Below are positions 33,366-45,370 of a stretch of 64,000 bases of DNA, in pieces; position 1 is the stretch's first letter, and each line of letters begins with the position of its first letter. The position numbers were made by a program, and so were the translations under genes. Source of the DNA: Epithemia pelagica (lineage: Eukaryota > Protista > Bacillariophyta); assembly GCA_946965045.2 (NCBI GenBank), contig OX337228.1, positions 2,852,001 through 2,916,000 on the forward strand. Direction: 5' to 3'. The notes beneath the pieces are model-generated. The model was not told the origin of the DNA and made no database searches. It saw only the letters and a program-made list of their open reading frames with translations.

Positions 33366-35000
33366 ATGTGCCACGCGGCATGCCATCATCTGCCAGATTG
33401 TTCAAACAATCAACAGAATCACAAGACAGGTACAAATCACGTTTCGATGCAACCAAAGAGAGATTCGAGTGTGATGAATGCCAATAAACAACAAATCAAG
33501 CTCCTGTTCTATTCCACCCTTCTCTTTCGTTTGCGTGTGGTATGCGCATTTGTAAATCAAATTGCCAAAGTTCAATTTCAACATGTAGGGCAGTCCGTAT
33601 CTGCCAAAACATTTCTTCATTCTAAACTCTATTCTCAAGTCTTCGTCGTTGATAGTGGTGACAACGACGACGACGATGATGATTATGACGACGACGAAGA
33701 GGATGAAGATGAAGATGATCGAGATCCATATCTCGATGCAGCCTCTTCTGAATTTCTTGACGATCCTAGTGAAAGGCAAAGTGCCACCAGCAGCATTGTG
33801 CCTTCTGATCCTGGTCTTTCGTCCCCGACGACGGGGGTTGACTGGGGAGGCGCACTGGGCCGATTACGGGAAAGGGTAGAGGATTTTGAATCAGGCGATT
33901 CGAAAAATCCTTCGAAAGCGCTCTTTCGATTAATGTCGAGCGAGTCACCGAACCAAGCAATTGGTTCGTTCATTTCGAGGGCGAATCCACAGGTAATCGA
34001 AGCAATGTCCAGTGCTGTTAGCAGTCTTCTGGGAGGATTGGCAAATCCTCAGATTGGTGTTCAAATGATAGTGAAAGCTTCCGGTGAAAAAATCGGATCA
34101 TTGTGCTTCCAACTCCAAATGACCGGGTACATGTTCCGTAACGCGGAGTATGTCATGGCGTTGAAGAAAATAATGGACATATCGAGTTCTGCCACCCTGG
34201 ATGATTATAAGGAAGCTTTTGACAGACTGGATCGAGACGGATCTGGATATATTGAAGCTAGTGAAGTACGACAACTGTTGGATCAAGTATACAAGGGTGA
34301 GACGCCATCTTTTGAAATCAATGCTTTTGTCAAGTTTTTCGATAAGGACGATGATGGACGAGTCTCATGGGAAGAATTCAAACTCGGACTGGGGACTGCC
34401 ATGGCCCAGCAGGCACAAGAAAAGTTGAAACTACGAAAGATGCTTTCGCCCTCTACTGATACTTTGTTCCAGAGAAAAACGGAAGATGAAGAGGACGAAT
34501 TTCCGGATATCGAGACTTCTGTCTCAGGGACATTGGAAGTTGAAATGGAAGACGGAACGACTGTGGAAGTTGATGCCGCAGATTACTTGCAAAATCTCAA
34601 AGAAGAGGCAAGGACGCTCAAAGAGGCGTTGCGCAAAGAGAAGTTAGGAAATGCAGGTGCTTCAGGCCAGCTTGCTGAGTTGCTATCTGGGGCACCCGAG
34701 GGCCCCACAGAGGACGACACATTTGGTGGCATCGCTAGCTACATTGCTTCGCGACAGGGTGATATCAAGTCATTAACAGAAGGTATCAGCCCTGAGATCG
34801 TGGATGCGATGAAGATGTTGGTGGACTTCGTACTTGAAGGGGGAGCCAGCAAGAAGGGTAGCTCGATGCCCAAAAAAGAAGAAATGTCGATGGAAATCCC
34901 AGCATCAGCGTTGCAACAGCTAGCTCTTTGGCAACTCATTCTTGGATATCAACTACGAGAGGTTGAAGCAAAGGGAGATTACATCAGGCTCCTCGAGTAA
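33366..35000 (+). CDS. Probable plastid protein with tandem DUF760-like domains flanking an EF-hand pair
   Basis: Signal peptide ending VCA-F; QLQMTGYMFRNAEY and WQLILGYQLRE DUF760-like ends; EF loops DRDGSGYIEASE and DKDDDGRVSWEE. The real start may be a downstream ATG. Confidence 0.8.
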   Translation: MCHAACHHLPDCSNNQQNHKTGTNHVSMQPKRDSSVMNANKQQIKLLFYSTLLFRLRVVCAFVNQIAKVQFQHVGQSVSAKTFLHSKLYSQVFVVDSGDNDDDDDDYDDDEEDEDEDDRDPYLDAASSEFLDDPSERQSATSSIVPSDPGLSSPTTGVDWGGALGRLRERVEDFESGDSKNPSKALFRLMSSESPNQAIGSFISRANPQVIEAMSSAVSSLLGGLANPQIGVQMIVKASGEKIGSLCFQLQMTGYMFRNAEYVMALKKIMDISSSATLDDYKEAFDRLDRDGSGYIEASEVRQLLDQVYKGETPSFEINAFVKFFDKDDDGRVSWEEFKLGLGTAMAQQAQEKLKLRKMLSPSTDTLFQRKTEDEEDEFPDIETSVSGTLEVEMEDGTTVEVDAADYLQNLKEEARTLKEALRKEKLGNAGASGQLAELLSGAPEGPTEDDTFGGIASYIASRQGDIKSLTEGISPEIVDAMKMLVDFVLEGGASKKGSSMPKKEEMSMEIPASALQQLALWQLILGYQLREVEAKGDYIRLLE

Positions 35001-35120
35001 ACAACGCGACCGCAGGGGAATGCAAATAATGTAGAATGTTTCATATGCACAGTAGATAATCCTTTAGATATCAGAGATTTCACAAGCAGGAATTCTTGTG
35101 TTCTTTTCCACCTTCCACCT

Positions 35121-35453
35121 CTACATCTGTCCTCTTGACTGACGATCCAACCGGTCCTTGTGTTTTATTTTGTACTTTTCCCATGCTTCTTCACCGTTAT
35201 GAATAGCAAGACATTTGTTCAACTCTTTCAATTTGCCTTGACAGCGGAAGACGACCATCAAGCCAGTTTCTTCTGCACACTCAGCGAATTCTCCCAGCTG
35301 CGGCTTACAAATTGCCAAGGCCTCGTCTTTGAGATCGCGACGGAGCAGATCTTCAGCACGACGACGAAAACTTAACCTTGACTCCCTTGCATCATCTTTA
35401 ACCCTTGACTTGTACTCAGCACTATTTGTAGTATCATTTACCGGAGTCGTCAT
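35121..35453 (-). CDS. Twin CX9C mitochondrial COX assembly protein (CMC1/CMC2 family)
   Basis: CKPQLGEFAEC...VVFRCQGKLKELNKC. Confidence 0.85.
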   Translation of the reverse strand: MTTPVNDTTNSAEYKSRVKDDARESRLSFRRRAEDLLRRDLKDEALAICKPQLGEFAECAEETGLMVVFRCQGKLKELNKCLAIHNGEEAWEKYKIKHKDRLDRQSRGQM

Positions 35454-35776
35454 ATTGATGTCGGACTGTGAAGGTGGTGGGAATGGGCTCCTGGTTCAGT
35501 TCATCGTGTGTCGCGCGATCCGTCGTGATCGATGTGTTGGTTGGCAGAGAGTCTGTCCGTCGTCATCCAACGTGTTGGCTGTTGGCTACAGCCGCTCGGC
35601 AGTCCCGTAACCCAAGTCGCAAATCGCAAACCCATTCATTACGAAGACAAAAAATCCGATCTTTGGAACAAGAAAGACGAGACGAAATAGTGAAGTGAAG
35701 TACATCGAGGACGATAACACCGAAGACAGCCGCAATCCGATCCCTCGGCACGAACAGTCACCGCAAGAAAAGGGGT

Positions 35777-38700
35777 ATGCTGCCAGAGGAGCAGGACGCG
35801 GACCCGCCATGGGCCATACCGGCTAGTAACACGTTTCCCATGGCCGAAGCACGACCCAACCGCCAACCAAAAACCGATCCACCCCCGCCGATCGGTTGGA
35901 AACACATACAACGCACGGCGGCCCAAACATGGACCATGGAATCCCTCCATGGTCTCCAAAAACACAAACCAAATCAACACCATCGACCCCGACATCGCAT
36001 CGCCCGTCACCATGGTACAACCCAGAAACCAGCGATAGCCAAAAACACCGAGTCCAACGGACACAACAACACGGCGCAACTGCTACGGAGTAGCAACACC
36101 AATCCCCCAACAAGCCAGCAAACTACAAAACCAACAGAGCAAATGACCAGGCCGAAAAAGACGATGACTTCGCTAGACCACGGGCCCACAACAACAACAA
36201 GCGACAGACACGAAACAAGGCACGACGACCCAAGCCACGTCGACAACACTAAAGGCCACCAACCACTCCCCTGCAAAAGCATTCGTACACCAGCAACGAC
36301 AACACAAGAGTCGATGACCCAACCGACCGCCACCAACCAAACAGACACAAGCAGGGCACGCACCAGGCACCAGACCGGCTGCCTGCCGCCACCAAAAGGA
36401 GTCATCCGGCAACTGGAACAAGCCTTGCAAAGGGTCACAGCAGCAATGAAAATGACCCTGCCACCACCAAACCAAACGACCAGGCATTCTCACAAAACCA
36501 GTGAAAACTCCGTTTTTCACCCGAAGCCCAGACCGGAAGCACCAGCAAACCAGACCGAACACCACCCGCCAACGATGCAAGTCCACTCCAAGCCCTCTGC
36601 AGGCCGCCGCCCGAACCGTTCAACCAACACGACGGCCCTCGGCCCGATTCCCTTTGTCGAGACAAAACTGCCCAACAACACCACCGCCATCACCCCCGAC
36701 CGCCCCAACAAAAACAAAGAAAACCAAAAAACCAACAAAAACAACACCGCGAACAAGAGCACCACCACCTACAACACCGACGAAAACACCCAAACCAACC
36801 AGAACCATTACGAAACCATGGACAACAAACAGGAACAGGAGAACAACGTCCACAACAACAAAGAGACCCAGCCCACCACCAACAAAACAAACAGCCACAA
36901 CGACGCCGCCGACTCGGACGACGAAAACCCACCGAACAACAACGACCAAGGAACACCACGGGCCAACCCGTACCTTAAACCGAAGGGCGAAACGACACGT
37001 CCGCCGTCGCCCGAACCGAAAACACTTATTCATCTACACGTGGCGATCAACCATCACCCCAACCCACAAGTCGAGTCAACTCTCCCACGGCTCACCGAAC
37101 AAGCCTTAAAGACGCATTTCAATGAAGTCTTTTTCCACCACAGCAAACGAGAAGAGCCCATGTGGCTCCAAGTCCATTCGGCCGATTTCCTGGAGACCAA
37201 GCAGTCGGGAACACGATCTTTTCGCCACAACAACCAACACGGGTCACACAAGGGAGGAGGGCACACCTCCACGTTCCACGTAACCCTCTCACCAGCACCT
37301 GCCAACGACGTTTTCGATTCAGAGATCTTCATCGAACAAGGACTCCGATTCGTGCTACAAATGTGGCACAAACACCATAACGACGACTTTGTGTACGATG
37401 AATTCGATTCACAGACGGTCCTACCGCCCGGAACGAAACAATCGAACCCGACAATCAATCCTCGCTTCGACCAGATCAACGTGTACCACCCAGCCTGCAA
37501 CAACAGGAAGAGTGACACGTTCGGAATCATCGTCGGTGTGCCCGCCCAGACAATCAAACATCGCCGGGCGGCACTGGATCTCACGTCCGACATCCAGAAC
37601 ACCCTCACCCCTCATCTCCCTAGGAAGTTGCACTACATGGACTTCTTCAACCACATCGGCTGCCGTACGGGGACATTTAGCGGCGAGCTCAAGAACAAAC
37701 AAAAAGGACAGGTTCCAGCCATCTACGTCACGGCATCAACGAGAAACAACTTCGAAGCATTGCTTCGAAGCTACAACGCCTACATGGCCGCAAATCGCAA
37801 CACCGAAATGAAATGGAACAAAAACAACATTCAGCTGATTCCCATGCCAACCAGTCAATCCAATCGGACAGCAACACTGGAAGCAATCAAGGACATCGAC
37901 CAATTTTTTAGTGCGTGCATACGCATCAAGCTCAAACCAATCAACCCAGAAGCGACCGATGGAGATTGGAAACAACTTCGACAGCTACGCGAATTCGTCG
38001 CTGTATTCCCGGAATACAACAACGAGGACCCAGATGCGCAATACTACACCCTATACCTGCGCAAGACCCCTGACACACACATGCTCACCACCAACACCAT
38101 CCGCCAGTTCACCGACTTCCCGAACAACATCCTTCTCCCCACCCTGGCGGCCGTGACCGCGACACCTCCGAGACAACCTACAAACAACCAAGACCCGGCA
38201 ACTCCGACTTCTTCTAGCCACACCAACCGACTCGTCGCCTTTACCAACCGTCTTCTCAGGCGCAAACACAACAACCTAGACGAAACACCAGCCGACGAAA
38301 CACCTGCCGAGACAGAAGACAACGGACCCGAGACGCCAAACAGGCACAACCATTCAAGCAACCAGCCAAACAAACGGAGTGCAGCCGCCATGCAACCAAC
38401 AGAGGAAGACGACAAAGACCCATACGACGACGGCACAGATTGGACAACAGTAACAGCGACAGCCCACCACATCCAGAACCAAAACAACGAGGTCGACGAC
38501 CGAAAACCAGCAGCCAAACGGAACCAATTCGCCCCTTTGGCCGAACAACAAGACGACCAAACAGCTAACGACGACATGATGGACACGGAAGAGTCCGACG
38601 ACCACTCACGTGCCCTCATCGGAAGCGACGACAACGGAGACAACCATGAACAAGACGACCATGAGTTTTCAGCCACCACCATGCAAGAAATCGAACTCAT

Positions 38701-38911
38701 ATTCAAATATGTGGCGGCCAACAACCCCTCACGCATCGACGAAATGCGCGAGTTTCTAGAGCATACAAAATCGTTTACGAACGACATCGACGCGCAGGAT
38801 GCTTGGCGCTTTGCCCAGTCTTTAGTCCAGACCGGCAACACCAACATCGCCGACTCGCGCACCGGCCATGTGGTCCCGCATGACAAATGGGCCAAAGGGC
38901 CAAATGAGTGA
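35777..38911 (+). CDS. ORF1 of the non-LTR element (1044 aa, no recognisable domain)
   Basis: Long intact ORF with T/N/P-rich termini and a globular core; its stop overlaps the ORF2 start (ATGAGTGA, 38904-38911). Confidence 0.75.
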   Translation: MLPEEQDADPPWAIPASNTFPMAEARPNRQPKTDPPPPIGWKHIQRTAAQTWTMESLHGLQKHKPNQHHRPRHRIARHHGTTQKPAIAKNTESNGHNNTAQLLRSSNTNPPTSQQTTKPTEQMTRPKKTMTSLDHGPTTTTSDRHETRHDDPSHVDNTKGHQPLPCKSIRTPATTTQESMTQPTATNQTDTSRARTRHQTGCLPPPKGVIRQLEQALQRVTAAMKMTLPPPNQTTRHSHKTSENSVFHPKPRPEAPANQTEHHPPTMQVHSKPSAGRRPNRSTNTTALGPIPFVETKLPNNTTAITPDRPNKNKENQKTNKNNTANKSTTTYNTDENTQTNQNHYETMDNKQEQENNVHNNKETQPTTNKTNSHNDAADSDDENPPNNNDQGTPRANPYLKPKGETTRPPSPEPKTLIHLHVAINHHPNPQVESTLPRLTEQALKTHFNEVFFHHSKREEPMWLQVHSADFLETKQSGTRSFRHNNQHGSHKGGGHTSTFHVTLSPAPANDVFDSEIFIEQGLRFVLQMWHKHHNDDFVYDEFDSQTVLPPGTKQSNPTINPRFDQINVYHPACNNRKSDTFGIIVGVPAQTIKHRRAALDLTSDIQNTLTPHLPRKLHYMDFFNHIGCRTGTFSGELKNKQKGQVPAIYVTASTRNNFEALLRSYNAYMAANRNTEMKWNKNNIQLIPMPTSQSNRTATLEAIKDIDQFFSACIRIKLKPINPEATDGDWKQLRQLREFVAVFPEYNNEDPDAQYYTLYLRKTPDTHMLTTNTIRQFTDFPNNILLPTLAAVTATPPRQPTNNQDPATPTSSSHTNRLVAFTNRLLRRKHNNLDETPADETPAETEDNGPETPNRHNHSSNQPNKRSAAAMQPTEEDDKDPYDDGTDWTTVTATAHHIQNQNNEVDDRKPAAKRNQFAPLAEQQDDQTANDDMMDTEESDDHSRALIGSDDNGDNHEQDDHEFSATTMQEIELIFKYVAANNPSRIDEMREFLEHTKSFTNDIDAQDAWRFAQSLVQTGNTNIADSRTGHVVPHDKWAKGPNE

Positions 38912-41900
38912 CCGAAAGACAAAACCCCCCCGACACTGTCCAGTACCCGACTGCCCATGGACGGTGCCATCATCATCAACCAACCCCCATGCCTCCCTGA
39001 AGGAACACCTAATCACCGAGCACAGCGAAACTCACCCATCAGACTACCTCACACCCCAATACTGCAACCAACACGGCTTTCATCCATGCCCCAAATGCGA
39101 CACGCCCACCGCCATCTTCACTACGGAAGGGCATCTAAGACAACACGTAACAAAAAAACATAGTAGGACGAAAACAAACCTCCAGTTAGTCCTACAAACC
39201 TACCGACATTCCCAACCAGAAACTGAGAGACAATGGAAAGATAGCTTAGCTTATCTGCACAAACTGCAGCTTTCACCACCACCATTCCGCCGAAGTATCT
39301 GGCACAAACTAAAGCCTCCAATCAAAGCAGAATTTTACACAACATACAACACGGTTGTGTCTTGGATCCTTGAAGCAACACCACCCCTGTCCCCCTCAGT
39401 CCTGAAGGATGACAGACCACCACAACACGACATCGACGCCAGTCCCTTTTGGAAACTGTTAATTCTATTAGAATCCCTCCTGCTGGCACCAATCAAAGGA
39501 ACAGTGCACCTCACCTATGCAAACGCCTTTCGAGCCCGGCTCTCCTGGTTTAAGACCGGCAGACTTGAAGAACTCCACAACATCATCTGGAATCCAACAC
39601 CACTCCCGAAACAGGGAGCAAGCAACAAGAAAAAACAGAAACAACGACATCAGCAACAGCATCACCCCTCTCAGTCCGACCAACTGCCACAATGGCGTCT
39701 CCACTCAGCTCAACAATTAGCCGACCTTGGCAATTACCAAGCAGCAGTCAAACGACTCACAACAAACACACCACCAGCAACATTGACCGCACCAAGAGTC
39801 GAACGTTGCCAGAACGAACTCTTTCCACAAAGACAACGACCACCCCCGTCAACAAGATCACATGGTCAAACAACAATGGGACCCCCAGCCGCACAGTATT
39901 TAAAGCTGACAGACGAGTCCTTTGAAAGGGCACTGCGGCAGATGACACCGGGGACGGCCTCTGGACCGTTCTCCACATGCATCGACACCATCGTGTCGAT
40001 GGCTCTCCACAAGACAACAAAAGCGCCGGATGCAACAAGACCGTACTTTCGCAACATCAAGTCACTCATACAACTCGTAGTGACTGCCCAAGTACCAACA
40101 ACAATCCAACCAATTCTCGCCAGCAATTACTTTCTTGCTTTGCATAAAGACATGAACAATCTGGAACGGCTACGACCAATTGGGATTGGAACAGCCATCC
40201 GAAGAGTAGCAGCCAAGACAGCCCTGGTACACCTTACCGATGCCATTCAACCCCTCATGCTCCAAGGAGGCCAGTACGGCATACAAGTACCCGGGGGGGT
40301 CAATTTTGTCGCCCAAACCACGTCCATGGCAGTGCGACAATACATCGACCGCAATCCAACAACGACAGATTCATCAACAACATCAACAACAACCGAAAAC
40401 CAGACGACAACGACAAACCCATCAACACCATCAACAACAACCGACAGTCGGGCGAGACCGCCGAGCCGAGCACTGGTCATGCTAGGTCTAACAAATATGT
40501 TCAATAATGTGAGCAGAACTGAAGCAAGAAAAATCTTGTTAGAGCACGACGAAACAACACCACTGGTCCCCTTGTTTGACCTGTTAACACAACACACCTG
40601 CAAGCAATGGTACTTCGACGAAAACAAACAAGCAAAGTTTTTACGGCAAGAAGAAGGGTTCCCCCAAGGCTGCCCTTTGAGCCCGCTATTCTCCTGTCTC
40701 GTCTTACTGGCCTTAACAAACAAGCTGAACAAAGAACAAGCCAAAAGAGCACAACAACGACAGCGCAACAACAACCCACACGACGACGAAATGGGCGGAA
40801 TAGGACACACCGCATCCATCATGGATGACACATCAGTGTGTTTGCCCCACTGCGACGTCCCATGGTTCCTAAAACGTTTCGAAGCACTCGGGCAGCCCTT
40901 GGGAATCATTTTGAACAAAAACAAAACAACAATTCTTACCTCCACCAACGGTACACCCCCAGACACGCTAGACCCAACCGACAAACAGTTCCTCGAACAA
41001 GCGCTGTCGTTCCTTTCTCCCGCCGACCCGGCAAAAGCCGAGATCACAAACGGGGTACGATTTCTCGGACAGCCTATAGGTTCTTGCAGCTTCGCCCAGC
41101 AATACATCCAAAACAAAGTGAAAAAGATGCATCACAAACTAGACTGTTTCTTGCAACTGCCAGACCTCCAGACCAAACACAACCTTTTCAAATTCACCAT
41201 GGTATCGTCCCTGTTGCACCTGCTACCATCCGATGTCTACCTGGCACACACAACAACAAATCCAAGAACGACGCTTTGGTCCAGCCCAACAACATTAGAG
41301 ACAGAAAAAATCGTCGCACGCTTTCTATCAGAACTCACCTCGCTCCCCGAAACCGAGATCAGCACTTCGGCTTGCCTCATTGCGGCAATGCCACAACGAC
41401 TTGGAGGCCTCGGCTACCAACAAGCGGCCACATCGGCGTACCCACGATTGCTAACCCAAACGGCACGAGCAATCGCCTTAGCAACCTCGAGAGAAACACC
41501 CATCCCAAAAGTCCACCAAAGGGAACTTAGCAATTGGAAAGAAAGCACCGATGAGTGCATGACAATTTTCAGAAAAACACTTTCACTCTACGCCAAAGAA
41601 TACGCAGAAGAACAATTGTACACACCAAAGAGGTATGACCATACCACTCACAACAGACTACTCCATCACACAGTCCAAGAACATACCCTACCGCGCTTGG
41701 TAGCCAAAACCCCACCAGAACAACGAACCTTCCTCCCCGGTTTATTGTCGCCTCTCACCAGTTTGGCACTGTCCCTTCCTTTGACAGCAACACAGTTTCG
41801 CTATCCAAACAAAGTATTCCAAACGGCAATCAAAAGAAAATTGCGGCTCCCCTTGTTCGTGAACGATCCAACCCAGTCTTGGCCATAGAAATGTCGCTGC

Positions 41901-42845
41901 TCCAAAACCAAGACAATTGACCCCCTGGGAGACCATTTGTTCTCATGCACCTCCGCTTTGAAAACAGCCCTTTCGAATGCAATTTGAGACACCTTATTCG
42001 ATGTACTACGACAACTCGCACCAGCAGCTGGAACAGTCGAAACCACCCACGACGTCCACGTTGAGCCACCTGGTTTGGCTCCGCAACATGAGCGAAACAT
42101 ACGGCCCGCCGATGTCGGGATGCTCCTCCGCAAGCCACACCGCAACGACCACTTTCAATATGTGGCAATAGACATCACCATTCCCCCGCCTCAACAACCT
42201 TTGCCAATCCACGACCCGTCCGACCACAAAACAATAGCCACAATGGCATCAAGGGCGCATCACGAGGCAGCAAGGGCTAAGTTTTGTCGGGATCCACAAA
42301 CAGCAACACACCTGCTCCACAACGGCGTTTATCTCTTACCATTCACCGTCGACCACCTTGGTTCCTTGGGATCCTTCGCCGATACCCTTCTATTCCCATC
42401 AGAATATCGCCACCCAACCTTATCAACAACCGAACCTCCGCCATGGAATAACCCCTTTTTCGGAAAAGACGAAAAGAGAAGCAAATCACATCCAGCGGCC
42501 TACGCACTCTTCCAACAACTAAAAGAAGCCCCAAACAACATGCTTACAAAGGCAAACAAAAACACAAAAAAGTTTAGCTATCCAGAGGCTAACATATACA
42601 CAATCGGACATTTTGCCAAAGCCTCACTGGGACATGCAATCATCTCGGCACTGGCCAACCACGCCAATAATAACATCACAGCGATCCAACATCACCAATC
42701 CAATCGAAAAACTCGAATCACACAATTGCAAAATCTGGCAACACCATGTTTTGCACCAGTCACTCCGATCTACTCCCCGGCTCCAATGGCACAGTTCATC
42801 ACTGCCACGGACACAACCCCACTCCTTTGCGAACTCCCCGCTTAG
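38904..42845 (+). pseudogene. ORF2: zinc fingers, reverse transcriptase, CCHC knuckle and REL endonuclease, with two in-frame stops
   Basis: CPVPDC..H...H and CPKCD..H....H; RLRPIGIG, GFPQGCPLSP, IMDD, FLGQPIG; CRC..DPLGDHLFSC; RPADV..AIDIT. Stops: TAG 41886 and TGA 41985. GGT at 40485 sits where the catalytic Asp is expected. Confidence 0.88.
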
Positions 42846-42927
42846 GAGTCCCACTTTCCCATAGACAGTAACGTACTAAATAAAAAAATTATAAACACAA
42901 AAAAATCATAGAGCAAAATCGATTACG

Positions 42928-44067
42928 ATGTTGGACTTCACGTCGCCAGGAAAACCTGCCATTGGAAGTGTTATTTCAGTTAGGAGCCCGGCGTCATGCT
43001 TGTCCTTCCATTCCACCGGGAAGCGAATGTTTGTCGCATCGGAAGGAGATTCTAAGCTGCATGTGATTGATTGCTTAAAGGGAAAGGCAGATCGACCCGC
43101 ATACCAGTTTCAACGAGAAACGATTCGCTTGGTACACGCTACGTGAGTAGAGGAGGCTCATTAACGATCAGTTCACTAAACACCTGGACTTATGTAGTTA
43201 TTCGGTTCATTTTTCAACAGTCACCATGAAGATTGTGTCCTTTGTACGAGATCGAGCAAATCATCTTTACCTCAGCCTCCCAATCAACAGTTTGCAATCA
43301 ACTACTTGTCCATTTATGACAATAAGATTCTTCGAAAGTTTCGAGGGCACACGGATGAGGTGACTTGTCTCAGTCAGTCACCTGAAAATGATACTTTTCT
43401 CTCATCCTCCAAAGACAAGAAGGTTCGATTATGGACTCTTCAGTCTGCGGGTTGCTTGGCTGAATCTATGCTCCCCACAGAAACCAGTTCTCCCTTGGCA
43501 GCGTTTGATTCAACAGGGCTTGTGTTTGGAGTAACTGCGCAAATGGACAGTTTACAAGGATTCCACTTGCACTTGTATGACGCTCGAAATCATGGTGCAG
43601 GGGCGTTTGCCGAACTCAAAGTCTCTCATTCGGACTTAACCGAGGCCATTCTGAAAGCCGCCCCTTCAGCAGCCGCTCAAACTCCCGTAACACGTGACCG
43701 AGCTGCTCTATTGGCGCAACAACCATGGACCAAAATGCAATTCAATACTTCAGGGACACAGATTCTGATTGGGTCTGGAATGGGTGTATCAATACTTCTG
43801 GATGGGTTCGAAGGCACGATTCAAAAAGTCTTGCTGAGTAATCGGTCAAGTTCGTCTGCTGTTTCATGTTTCACCGGAGATGACGAGTACGTTTTGACGG
43901 GCAACGATGAAGGAACAATCGATTGTTGGCAAATAGATACTGGGTCGGTGATACGTCGTCTCGACACGGGGGCCGGTGTACCTGTGGATCAACTTTCCTT
44001 TAATCCTTCCTATTCGCAGTTTGCTTGTGCGGCGTCCCGAGATGTCGCAATGTGGATATGGAATTAA
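42928..44067 (+). CDS. WDR82: WD40 protein WDR82/Swd2 (COMPASS), 2 exons (intron 43143-43220)
   Basis: YLSIYDNKILRKFRGH, SPENDTFLSSSKDKKVRLW, LYDARN..GAF, KMQFN; GTGAGT...CAACAG splice restores the frame. Confidence 0.88.
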
Positions 44068-44124
44068 CTTGAAGTTGAAGTCTTTGTATTTTATATTTTA
44101 CTCTACCGTGACGCAAGGGTGGTC

Positions 44125-44499
44125 TTAATTCGCCAGAACATCGTTGTCTTTTCTCCATTTTTCGCACGCTTGTTGAAAAGCCGTTGTGAGATGATCGGTC
44201 TCTCCACCCAAGTCTTCCAAGGCATTAGATAGAACTTCAGCAGGAGGGACGTTGGGAGTGTTGGTTTGGATCTTTAGATCGATGTAATGTACAAGAGGGT
44301 GTGGGTGAATGTATCCAGCGAAACGAACTTTAGGGTCTCGTAACAGTTGGCATCTCAGAAGGTTTCCAACGGTGTGATCCTCTTTATTGAAGCGGAATTT
44401 GCCGGCATTAGTCACCTTAGTGTCCGCCGTGTATACAATCTTTCTTTCGTCATTATCTTCATCCAAAAGGAAGGACGCCGATCGTTCCGGTGCATTCAT
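44125..44499 (-). CDS. RPB11: DNA-directed RNA polymerase II subunit RPB11
   Basis: MNAPER..FLL, FNKEDHTVGNLLR.QLL.DPKV.FAGY.HPHPL. Confidence 0.95.
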   Translation of the reverse strand: MNAPERSASFLLDEDNDERKIVYTADTKVTNAGKFRFNKEDHTVGNLLRCQLLRDPKVRFAGYIHPHPLVHYIDLKIQTNTPNVPPAEVLSNALEDLGGETDHLTTAFQQACEKWRKDNDVLAN

Positions 44500-44872
44500 G
44501 TTCGTCTCTCTTGTCTGCGGCGTCTTTTGTGTTGTGTCTCGGGAAGACGTACCGACGAATGACATACGGTATATACTACACGTACTAGGAGTAGTACTTT
44601 CTACATAGTGCTAGGAGTAGCTAGCTAGGAGTAGGGCGGAATGTTGACTCACAGCAAAGCAACAGGCAGCCTACTCCTACCTACATCTTGGGGCATAGAC
44701 CCAATCATTTTCCGACATTTCGTCTACAAGTCCAGGAACAATTGCAAGAGTTTGTTCTAAGGATTTGGACAATTTCTATGATAGTCTAGCATAACAATCA
44801 AGTCGCAAATTCACCCCAAGAAGAAGCTCTGCCTCTGCAGAGGAAAGCCGAATCGAGTTAGGAGTTGAAAGA

Positions 44873-45370
44873 TCAACAGAAGAAACTTCCATGACACTGA
44901 AATAATCGGACCAAGAGTAGAAAATCTGTCATTCCCAACAAGAAAATCGTGACGTAGAGCTTACGCTTTCGATCTCGATATTTGTTCTGCAATGCCACCA
45001 TTTCTTGTTTCGCTCGTTCCATAGCCTGGCGCATTTCGTAGACATTCTCGTGGGCGCCGCTAATTTGCTGTCGTTGGGCTGTCATTTGATTCAAAACCGC
45101 CGTCGCAGTGTTGTCCGCTTGATAGAACGTGGACGTAGTATCTTCCAAAGTCTTGGTCTGATCTCTCGCATAATGAACTGGAGGTTGATATGATCCGCCC
45201 GCTGATCCACCACCACTTTGTTGATATGATCCATAGGAAAAGTTTTGCTTTGTGTTCGAGTTGTTGCTACCACCCATGTTGGCCCTTTTCATCGTCTTCT
45301 CAACATTATCTGTCCGAATATGAAAATGAAATGGGCGTGAGACCGTGACGGCTCTCGCGCGAGTTTGCAA
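44873..45370 (-). CDS. Tail-anchored SNARE protein (Qb/Vti1-like)
   Basis: Heptad SNARE motif with QRQQI zero layer, then a basic patch and a C-terminal TM. Start uncertain. Confidence 0.65.
   Translation of the reverse strand: MQTRARAVTVSRPFHFHIRTDNVEKTMKRANMGGSNNSNTKQNFSYGSYQQSGGGSAGGSYQPPVHYARDQTKTLEDTTSTFYQADNTATAVLNQMTAQRQQISGAHENVYEMRQAMERAKQEMVALQNKYRDRKRKLYVTIFLLGMTDFLLLVRLFQCHGSFFC

Larger units (their letters stand above)
35600..42904 (+). mobile_element. CRE-clade non-LTR retrotransposon (REL endonuclease type), degenerate; boundaries approximate
   Basis: Two overlapping ORFs, strong A/C strand bias, A-rich 3' tail at ~42878-42904; no TSD found. Confidence 0.85.

Noticed and set aside
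35329-42864. Numerous long minus-strand ORFs (e.g. 38044-38979, 40247-41116)
   Set aside because: Antisense shadows of the A/C-biased retroelement, whose reverse strand is depleted in stop codons.
35450-42930. Target-site duplication for the CRE element (ACAAAAAATC near 35647 versus 42896)
   Set aside because: Short, imperfect and A-rich; not convincing.
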